A DNA stretch of 39,296 nt from a virus (taxonomy: Duplodnaviria; Caudoviricetes): IMG/VR virus record IMGVR_UViG_3300017914_001061, positions 1 through 39,296 of that record. One strand, 5' to 3'. Shown one piece after another: positions 1-6,742 of this stretch. The translations under genes and the position numbers were made by a program. The notes beneath the pieces are model-generated. The model was not told the DNA's origin. It did not search any database and saw only the letters and a list, made by a program, of their open reading frames with translations. Every line of letters begins with the position of its first letter. Position 1 is the first letter of the stretch.

Positions 1-374
1 AATCTGACTTTGTTCCAATAGTCTGTTAAATTTTTAACGACCTTCGGGTCTGTCTTCTTCCAGGCGAGAGCGCCCCCGTTCCATATCTGCGCGAGAGTTC
101 GCACGTCTGCGGGTTTGCCCGTCTCTTTGGTGTAGTGATTACCCCAATGCTCCAGGTAGAAAATACAAAGCTCTACACTCGATTCTACGTCCGTTCTGTC
201 TTCGTAGGTGTAGTGGTACCCCTTGAAGTTGTTCACGTCGTCAACGACCGCCTTGCTAATCTGTAAGATTCCTACGCTACGACCTCCGTCGCCTATCGCC
301 TGCGGCGGGTTCGGGTGTCCGCCCGTCTCCACCGCTGCGAGTGCCATTACTAATTGCATAATTTGTATGTTCAT
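1..374 (-). CDS. Lysozyme-like muramidase/transglycosylase, partial (second allele of 38463..38864, truncated by window edge)
   Basis: About 96% identical to 38491..38864, same frame, ATG at 374 preceded by AGAAAGGAATCAAA. Confidence 0.8.
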   Translation of the reverse strand, partial: MNIQIMQLVMALAAVETGGHPNPPQAIGDGGRSVGILQISKAVVDDVNNFKGYHYTYEDRTDVESSVELCIFYLEHWGNHYTKETGKPADVRTLAQIWNGGALAWKKTDPKVVKNLTDYWNKVR

Positions 375-388
375 TTTGATTCCTTTCT

Positions 389-625
389 TTAGTTTGTGTA
401 TTGCTCGATTTTGCCTAGCCATTCGTACAGTTCGCTCGCGTGCTTGTGTGTAATCATTCCCTCAAGCTGCGATGTTTCTATTAGGTTGTCTGCGATGCAG
501 TACACCTCGTCAATTTCGTGTCCGCATAGCTTGTCTGAATCTATCATTTCAAGCGCGGTGCATAGTTTGTTTCTAATAGATTTGAATCTATTGTTTCTGA
601 TTTGAATCATTGGGTCTTTTATCAT
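389..625 (-). CDS. Hypothetical protein (78 aa)
   Basis: ORF with RBS GAAAGGAAATAAAATG shared with neighbouring genes; its 3' part is repeated at 39188..39296. Confidence 0.75.
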   Translation of the reverse strand: MIKDPMIQIRNNRFKSIRNKLCTALEMIDSDKLCGHEIDEVYCIADNLIETSQLEGMITHKHASELYEWLGKIEQYTN

Positions 626-644
626 TTTATTTCCTTTCGTTTAA

Positions 645-1628
645 TTATTGTAGTAAGTAATCTCTACGAGACATCTCGTAGTTGGCTTGAGTTTCCTCGT
701 CTTCAACGAACCAATCGTCTCCGTTCAGTTCGCGCAGTTCTTCCTCGGTTGGCTTCTCCCAATAACGATTTACCTTGGCTCCGAAGTATTCCGCGTGATG
801 ATGTCCGTCCTCGCTTGTGCAGGAAGCATTGCGGGCGAAGTACACCCACGCCTTGGTTTCGCTCCAATCGTCAAGCTCGATGTCAATTTCCTTGCGCTCG
901 TAGAATGCAGGGTGTCCTTCTAGACTGTCGAGCCTAGCTAACACGCGGTGCGACACGTCGTACACCTCGACGCGTACCTTTTGACCTACGCCCTCTTCCT
1001 CGAACAAATAGGGTAGCCCGTCTACAACAAGGGGGTACCTGCTTTTTGTTCTGCCTGCTTCTACAAACTTGCTTGTCTTGAGTAAGTGCGAGTTGCCGAA
1101 GCCTTGCTTGAGCGTACCGTACACGGCGACGCGATACTTGCCGAAGCAATTATCTTTTGAATAGTAAATGCCGCCGCGTTCGTGCCACGTATTGATGCGC
1201 TTGACCTTGCCCGTGAGGGTGTCAACGATAGCGAAGCGGGTGTCCGTTTTCTTTAGAAAGGGTACCCACGTTTTGCGCGGCTTGTTGCCAAGAATGCGCT
1301 CTGCAACGAAGCGAATATCGCTGCAAGTAATGTTGCCGTAACCGTCAATCGTACCGTTCGAGTATATCTCGTAACGCGGCGCGTTTGTAATCGGGAACGG
1401 GTGTACGTTCTGCTCGTTCACGAGTCCGACCGTAGCGTAGCGGAAGTGCGCAACGAGCGGTCTGTCGGTATCGAGAATCTTGTCGACCTCGGTGTAGCTA
1501 AGCGTGCGGCTTGTCTCGCCCGTGTCCAGGTAAGTGTACCCGAAACCGTGCGGATTGATGCGCTTGGCGTTGTTGATGTACTCCTGCGGAATACGTTTGC
1601 CTTGTGGCTTGTGTATGATTAAACACAT
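645..1628 (-). CDS. Class II glutamine amidotransferase (Ntn) fused to gamma-glutamylcyclotransferase (GGCT/AIG2-like) domain
   Basis: N-terminal Met-Cys, NPHGFG, HFRYATVG, NVHPF, SNG (usually HNG); C-terminal VAVYGTLKQG...LDSLEGHPAFYER; RBS GAAAGGA. Confidence 0.88.
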   Translation of the reverse strand: MCLIIHKPQGKRIPQEYINNAKRINPHGFGYTYLDTGETSRTLSYTEVDKILDTDRPLVAHFRYATVGLVNEQNVHPFPITNAPRYEIYSNGTIDGYGNITCSDIRFVAERILGNKPRKTWVPFLKKTDTRFAIVDTLTGKVKRINTWHERGGIYYSKDNCFGKYRVAVYGTLKQGFGNSHLLKTSKFVEAGRTKSRYPLVVDGLPYLFEEEGVGQKVRVEVYDVSHRVLARLDSLEGHPAFYERKEIDIELDDWSETKAWVYFARNASCTSEDGHHHAEYFGAKVNRYWEKPTEEELRELNGDDWFVEDEETQANYEMSRRDYLLQ

Positions 1629-1683
1629 TTTGAATCCTTTCGTTTGATTGTTTTAATGCTGCTCTGCTTTGAGCATTGGACAT

Positions 1684-1712
1684 AATATCGCACAGAGTCT
1701 CGTCCTTGTCAA
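1684..1712 (-). promoter_or_regulatory. Sigma70-type promoter for the GATase-GGCT operon
   Basis: TTGACA-17 nt-GATATT with extended -10 TGn and AT-rich sequence upstream. Confidence 0.7.
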
Positions 1713-1775
1713 CAAAAATTTTAAAAAACTTTTCGAGCGTAGCTCGTCCTGCTTCTCATTGCGAGACAGCAAAAC

Positions 1776-2106
1776 CCAGGCGCTGTTCGTAAAAATGGGG
1801 TACCCCCTGCCTTCAAATCCAGGCGCTGTTTCAAAAAATGGGGTACCCCCCTTTCGTTCACAGCCACAGGATATGCCTCTTGAATTTCTCCAGGTGAAAC
1901 AAAAAAAGGGGTACCCCCCCTCGTTCTGGTTCTGTTTCTAAGCTCTCCTGGTTCGTCCAGACACAAGAAAGAAATCCTCCAGGTGAAATAAAAAAAAGGG
2001 GTACCCCCTTTCTGGCTCCCGTTCTGGGGGTGAAACTGGAACCCCCAGATTTTTCCCAGGAATAAAAAAAGGGGTACCCCCTTTTGACCTCCAGACAAAA
2101 TCCAGG
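1776..2106. repeat. Five-unit degenerate array CCAGG-Nx-A-tract-GGGGTACCCCC
   Basis: Units at about 1776, 1819, 1890, 1979 and 2056; extra CCWGG at 1947 and 2102; lies between a terminator and a promoter. Confidence 0.85.
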
Positions 2107-2107
2107 C

Positions 2108-2134
2108 AAAGAAAAACCCCGCGTTTCCGCGGGG
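2108..2134 (-). terminator. Rho-independent terminator
   Basis: Minus strand CCCCGCG-GAAA-CGCGGGG-TTTTTCTTT. Confidence 0.9.
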
Positions 2135-2140
2135 CTTGTG

Positions 2141-2224
2141 TTAAGCGAGCTTGAGTTTATACGCGATGCGCTTGTACCATCGGGCGCGCCTTCGTTCGCG
2201 CTGCGTGTATCTTACTGAACGCAT
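2141..2224 (-). CDS. 27-aa Arg-rich peptide (MRSVRYTQRERRRARWYKRIAYKLKLA)
   Basis: ATG overlaps the TAA of the upstream ORF; ends just before the terminator. Confidence 0.45.
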   Translation of the reverse strand: MRSVRYTQRERRRARWYKRIAYKLKLA

Positions 2225-2394
2225 TATCCGTTGCCCCCTTCCATCGCTTGGAAGCCGTAAAACCACGTCCTGCCGCTCGTGCTTGGGTCGCTGCATATGC
2301 GCTGCGCTTCCGCGCGTGTAAGGTTTGTTAAGCCCCGCACGCGTTGGCTTGGCTTGTTTTTTCTGAATCTGATAATTCTATATTTTGTTTCCAT
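2224..2394 (-). CDS. Small phage hypothetical protein (56 aa, YRIIRF...LTRAEAQRICSDPSTS..WFYGF)
   Basis: Below ORF-track cutoff; ATG in AAAATCAAAATG context; the pattern resembles small phage proteins with LTxxEAQxxC-DP...WF. Confidence 0.7.
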   Translation of the reverse strand: METKYRIIRFRKNKPSQRVRGLTNLTRAEAQRICSDPSTSGRTWFYGFQAMEGGNG

Positions 2395-2420
2395 TTTGAT
2401 TTTATTTAATTTGATTTGTT

Positions 2421-2456
2421 AAAAAGGGGGTACCCCAATTTTGGTTAGGGGTACCC
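2421..2456 (-). terminator. Terminator-like hairpin formed by two GGGTACCC palindromes
   Basis: Minus strand GGGTACCCC-TAACCAAAATT-GGGGTACCC-CCTTTTT, directly after the amidoligase stop. Confidence 0.55.
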
Positions 2457-2468
2457 ATATTTTGAGAT

Positions 2469-3461
2469 TTACGCGCTGCATAAATCCGCGTCGCGGACAA
2501 CGTCAACCGCGCTCGGCGCGGTCTGTTGTACCTCGTTGCGGTCGTAGATAACGGGCGCGGCTTGTACCCCGAAATGATTCATACGGGCGGACACGTAGAA
2601 GAGAAGCGCTTGGCACGCGTCGTTCTTGGCAAGCAAGCCCCAAGGCGCGTCGTTGCTTGGGCGGTAGCGGGTAGCCCACTTGCCCTGCAATAGGTAGTTA
2701 CACATTGGGTTGTTGTAACCCGCGGTACGCTTTACGCTTGTCAACGAGCTTTCAACGATACCTTGACAGAATACCGTCCAATAGACGACTTTCGCAAAAT
2801 TTAGGGTACCCTGATGCGAGCGAATTTCTATTGTTTTATGCTTAGCATAAGCGTTTAAATTCAAGTGATGATAACGCTCGCTTGCGCATTGCATACGGCG
2901 CAATTCCTCGTCTAAATGCGGCGCAAATGTGCGGCAAAACCCGTTATTGCGGCGGCTTGGGGCAATAATTGACATAAAGTTATTTTCATTTTTAACCCAA
3001 TTATTGACGAGGTATCGCAAGCGCTTGTCGTTGTATTTTTTCGCGTCAAAATGCACGTGCAAACCGCAATTTCTGTCTACGCTGAATATTTCCTCGCGTT
3101 CCGCATTTTCAGCGCGGTACGCTTGCAAGTTTTCCTCGTTTATTTCGCGGATTACCTCGGTTAAAATGTACAACTGAAAAAACAACTTTTCAGCGCACAT
3201 TGGGGTTGATACAATCTCGCGGATTGGGTAGCGCCCGCTTGTACCGTCGCGCTTGATGTGCCAACCGTCGCCCTCGCCCGTAAACCCGCCGTTGTGCGAG
3301 TCAAGGTTGATGCTAACATTTAGCCCGCGCTCGTTCAATTTACGCGCAAGCATATGCGACTTTGAACGGTCGTTGTAATCGTGATATTCTAGCTCTAAAC
3401 CAATGGTTTTAAGCGGATTCATAGCCGTATTGGCTAGTAATTTTGAGTCTGTTTGATTCAT
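2469..3461 (-). CDS. Putative amidoligase (COOH-NH2 ligase, Amidoligase_2-like), likely start MNQTDS
   Basis: Motifs TIGLELEY, WHIKRDGT, EIVS, CGLHVHFD, RYHHLNL, TIEIRSHQGT; start set at ATG 3461 because the upstream extension runs through repeats. Confidence 0.85.
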   Translation of the reverse strand: MNQTDSKLLANTAMNPLKTIGLELEYHDYNDRSKSHMLARKLNERGLNVSINLDSHNGGFTGEGDGWHIKRDGTSGRYPIREIVSTPMCAEKLFFQLYILTEVIREINEENLQAYRAENAEREEIFSVDRNCGLHVHFDAKKYNDKRLRYLVNNWVKNENNFMSIIAPSRRNNGFCRTFAPHLDEELRRMQCASERYHHLNLNAYAKHKTIEIRSHQGTLNFAKVVYWTVFCQGIVESSLTSVKRTAGYNNPMCNYLLQGKWATRYRPSNDAPWGLLAKNDACQALLFYVSARMNHFGVQAAPVIYDRNEVQQTAPSAVDVVRDADLCSA

Positions 3462-3521
3462 TTTATTTTTTGATTTAATGCGCCGCGGAATTGCGACGTT
3501 GAAAGGATAGAAGCAAAAAAC

Positions 3522-3639
3522 GGGTACCCCGTCAACATTTAATTTCATTTTTTTCACGGGTACCCCAAACACGCGGCAAGCGGGGTACCCCAAAAAGCAA
3601 AAAGGGGGTACCCCCCAAACCCAAACCCAAACCCAAACC
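3522..3639. repeat. Four GGGTACCC palindromes followed by (CCCAAA)4
   Basis: Palindromes at 3522, 3558, 3583 and 3606; tandem CCCAAA at 3614-3637. Confidence 0.85.
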
Positions 3640-3835
3640 GCGCCCCAAAATACGTTCAGCGACGCGTAAAAAAATTAATAGTACACGCGTAACGCGCGGG
3701 GCATTATACGCGCACACACGCGCGTAGCGTAACGCCCGTGCGCGCGCGCGAGGGGGGCGGGGGTCGACTTCGTGCAACGCGTTCGGTATATATATACATA
3801 AAACGCCCCCTAAAAATTTAGTTGCCCTATGGGGC

Positions 3836-3865
3836 TTGACAAAGTGCTGCCTATTATACTATTGT
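3836..3865 (+). promoter_or_regulatory. Probable sigma70-type promoter of the late/packaging operon
   Basis: TTGACA at 3836, TATTGT at 18-nt spacing (TACTAT at 15 nt). Confidence 0.45.
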
Positions 3866-3926
3866 TTGTTACCTTGTTTGGTATAGGTGTGCAAAATTTG
3901 CCCCTTCGATGAGGTAAATTTACCCT

Positions 3927-4469
3927 ATGAGTGTAGAAAAGGAGCTAGAAGAAGAGATAAAATTAGCAATAGCGCAAGTTGCTGAGGGTAAAGAGCTTGC
4001 AAAAGTGCGCAGTTTATCCAGGCACGCGCCAGAAAAGGTGGCTAAAATACTGTATTTGCACGCTATTGGAGTGTCTCAGACGGCTATGGTACGCAAATAT
4101 GGCTTTGACCGAGGTACTATAATAAATACATTAGTCGACTATGCGGACTATAAGAGCGCATTCAGAGAACTAGGAGGTCAATTATCAGCTAAAAGTTATG
4201 TAAATCTAGAGAGTTTAGAGGAAGATTTGATAGAAACTGTACGAGAAAAGATACATACTGGAGAATACGAACCTACACCTAGAGACATAAAAGAGATAAG
4301 TATAGCCAAAGCTAACGCTGCGCGCCAAGCACTAACCGCGCGAGGCGAAGCAAGTTCAATAACTGAAAGCAGGAATGTAGTTACGCAGGAAGACTATGAA
4401 GAAACAATAAGAAAAGCCAAGGAAAGACTCAAGATAATAGACGCGGAGGTAATAGATGCCGAAGAATAA
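3927..4469 (+). CDS. Putative terminase small subunit
   Basis: 180 aa with HTH-like N-terminal half, helical, upstream of TerL. Confidence 0.55.
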   Translation: MSVEKELEEEIKLAIAQVAEGKELAKVRSLSRHAPEKVAKILYLHAIGVSQTAMVRKYGFDRGTIINTLVDYADYKSAFRELGGQLSAKSYVNLESLEEDLIETVREKIHTGEYEPTPRDIKEISIAKANAARQALTARGEASSITESRNVVTQEDYEETIRKAKERLKIIDAEVIDAEE

Positions 4470-4470
4470 A

Positions 4471-4701
4471 ATGTCAGAACAAGAAGAAGAAGCATTCGCA
4501 AAAGCGAAAGCTATCTTATCTGAGCATTTTCCTAACTGGGCTATCATCGTCATAGACGACGAAGCTTCATTAGCATATGATTATACAAATTATTACATAG
4601 GTAAGACTCTTTGCAGAGAGACCTTATCTGAAATGAATAAAGATGATATTGAATTAATATGGGAAGAAGCTGAGTTGGAGGACGAAGAAGATGGAACTTA
4701 G
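4471..4701 (+). CDS. Small acidic hypothetical protein
   Basis: ORF packed between the putative TerS and TerL; start may be 4456 or 4471. Confidence 0.65.
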   Translation: MSEQEEEAFAKAKAILSEHFPNWAIIVIDDEASLAYDYTNYYIGKTLCRETLSEMNKDDIELIWEEAELEDEEDGT

Positions 4702-6346
4702 CTTTACGCCGCACCCTATATTGCAGCCGCCTACAGACGAAGAGATTGTAGCGCTCGGCGAGAATGACCCACAGCTTTTAAAAGACCTTTTTAATGCGCA
4801 CGAAGGCAGAATCCGCGCAGCTGAAGAAGACCCTATCAGATATGGGTTTGACCTTGCGGGTTGGGACAGAATGTATGAGGGTCTTGCTGAATATAATGAA
4901 TGCCTTGTTCTTGGCGGAAACCGTAGTGGTAAAACCACAGGTTGCGCGAAGATGGTTATGAAAGCCGTAACAGAGAACCAGGAGGGACACCTTATATGTT
5001 TTTCGCAGAATATAGATACAAGTATTAAGATTCAGCAGAAAGCGGTATGGGATATGATGCCCAAAGAGTTCCGCAGAAAGACAAAGAGTACAGAGGGTTA
5101 TATTAATTACTCTATGCAGAATGGATTTACGGGGCAGTCGTTTATCTTTCCAGATACCAAGACCCGCGTAGACTTTAAGACTTATACACAGTTTAGTAAC
5201 AATCAGACCATCTTAGAAGGTTTTGAGTTCGGCTTCAAGAATCCGCAAGGCACTAATATTGGTGCTTGGCTTGATGAGTACCTGGGCGATGCGACCCTAG
5301 TAAACACCTTGCGCTTTCGTCTTGCGACCAGAAACTCTAAGTTGCTAATAGGTTTCACGCCGATTGACGGGTACACACCATTTATAAATGAGTACCTACG
5401 AGCAGCAGAAACATTAGAAACACGAGAAGCGAAGTTATTAGATAGAGCATTGCCAGTTAAACAGTATAGTACAGAGAGAGATGCGAGTATTATATATCTG
5501 CATTCTGATGAAAATCCTTTCGGCGGATATGAACGTATTGCAAAAGATTTAAAAGGACGACCAGAAGAAGAAATAATGGTTAGAGCATATGGTGTACCAG
5601 TTAAGTCAATGACAAGTCTGTTACCATTGTTTAATACAGAGGTTAATGTACTATCTGAGACAGAAAACAAATATGGACGCACCTTCCCAAATATTAAGGA
5701 TAGAACACGATTTACTTGTTATCAAGTGGTTGACCCCGCAGGAGCAAGAAACTATACTGCAATATGGGCTGCAGTTAATAGAAAAGGACAAGTCTTTATT
5801 CGCAAAGAGTTCCCAGATAGAGATACATATGGGGAATGGGCTGTTTTTGGCGACCCAAAGTGGAGATACGGACCTGCTTCTAAAAAGATTGGATACAATG
5901 TCGAAGGCTATGTCGAATTGTTTAAGGAAATAGAAGATGACCTTGGTATTAGAGTATTTGAAAGAATTGGCGACTCTAGGTATTTTGCGCGAGAAAACGA
6001 AAACAATGATGACTTATTTACTACATTTAGTGATTACGGAATGGATTTTGTTCCTTCTGATGGTCGTACTGAAGATATGGGAATATCTGCATTGGACGAT
6101 TGGTTTAACTACAATCCCAATGTTAAGATAGATAATGCTAACGAACCTATGTGCTATATACACAAGGACTGCGGTAATCTTATAGATAGTATTATTAATT
6201 ACAACAGTAAGGGCAAATCCGACGAAGCGCTAAAAGACTTTTTTGATGTACTGAGATATTTACGAATGGCAAACGGTGGCGAAGGTCCCGACCACGTAAA
6301 CAATCAAGACTTAAACGCAACCCGCAAAGCTAAAGGAGGATACTAA
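4691..6346 (+). CDS. terL: Terminase large subunit
   Basis: Walker A GGNRSGKT, Walker B AWLDE, coupling motif FTP, RNase H-like VVDPAG and C-terminal KDFFDVLRY. Confidence 0.92.
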   Translation: MELSFTPHPILQPPTDEEIVALGENDPQLLKDLFNAHEGRIRAAEEDPIRYGFDLAGWDRMYEGLAEYNECLVLGGNRSGKTTGCAKMVMKAVTENQEGHLICFSQNIDTSIKIQQKAVWDMMPKEFRRKTKSTEGYINYSMQNGFTGQSFIFPDTKTRVDFKTYTQFSNNQTILEGFEFGFKNPQGTNIGAWLDEYLGDATLVNTLRFRLATRNSKLLIGFTPIDGYTPFINEYLRAAETLETREAKLLDRALPVKQYSTERDASIIYLHSDENPFGGYERIAKDLKGRPEEEIMVRAYGVPVKSMTSLLPLFNTEVNVLSETENKYGRTFPNIKDRTRFTCYQVVDPAGARNYTAIWAAVNRKGQVFIRKEFPDRDTYGEWAVFGDPKWRYGPASKKIGYNVEGYVELFKEIEDDLGIRVFERIGDSRYFARENENNDDLFTTFSDYGMDFVPSDGRTEDMGISALDDWFNYNPNVKIDNANEPMCYIHKDCGNLIDSIINYNSKGKSDEALKDFFDVLRYLRMANGGEGPDHVNNQDLNATRKAKGGY

Positions 6347-6723
6347 TGCCTAAACGAAAACTTAAAGATATAGCAGATGATATGGGGATTTCTTTTGATA
6401 AAGCATTAGAAATATCTTCATTGCATCTTGAAGAAGATATGGTCACAGGACGTGGCAAGAACACTTGGATAAACGAAGATGGACAAGATATAATGGATTC
6501 ATATATACCTGTACCACAAAAGTACAGAGCGAAGATATTATCTGTTGCCCCAAATCAAAGATTTTCGTTTGTATACATAAAAGAAATGCTACGAAAAGTG
6601 CCTGTACTTATGCCAAGAAGACTCCAAGGACAGAATGGGGTTGGCAAGTATGTTTATATAGAAGTAGATAACAGCAGCGAAGACCCAAAGTTTAAATGGG
6701 TTGAGCCGCCTAGTCTTGATTAA
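6346..6723 (+). CDS. Hypothetical protein, possible N-terminal HTH
   Basis: LKDIADDMGISFDKAL; translationally coupled to terL. Confidence 0.65.
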   Translation: MPKRKLKDIADDMGISFDKALEISSLHLEEDMVTGRGKNTWINEDGQDIMDSYIPVPQKYRAKILSVAPNQRFSFVYIKEMLRKVPVLMPRRLQGQNGVGKYVYIEVDNSSEDPKFKWVEPPSLD

Positions 6724-6725
6724 CG

Positions 6726-6734
6726 TGTTATAAT
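6726..6734 (+). promoter_or_regulatory. Extended -10 promoter upstream of the portal gene
   Basis: TGTTATAAT 8 nt before ATG 6743; no SD sequence. Confidence 0.5.
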
Positions 6735-6742
6735 TTGCCGAA

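Noticed and set aside
1-388. Diversity-generating retroelement TR/VR pair
   Set aside because: Differences are at third codon positions rather than adenine-specific, and there is no reverse transcriptase
1776-2106. CRISPR or mini-CRISPR array
   Set aside because: Repeats are degenerate and of variable length, linkers range from about 11 to 58 nt, there are no cas genes, and the same motif is dispersed elsewhere
1669-2109. ORFs 1721..2098, 1858..2109 and 1669..1941
   Set aside because: They are translations of the repeat array (GGTPF/GVPLF/GYPP in several frames), have no RBS and lie between a terminator and a promoter
3504-3535. Sigma70 promoter TTGACG directly upstream of the amidoligase, overlapping a palindrome
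   Set aside because: No convincing -10 at 16-18 nt spacing (TATCCT is at 20 nt), so it is not listed as a feature although it remains possible
3462-3777. ORF 3532..3777 and the N-terminal extension of the amidoligase to 3593
   Set aside because: They run through palindromes and simple repeats (GLGLGLG, ARARA); a better start exists at 3461
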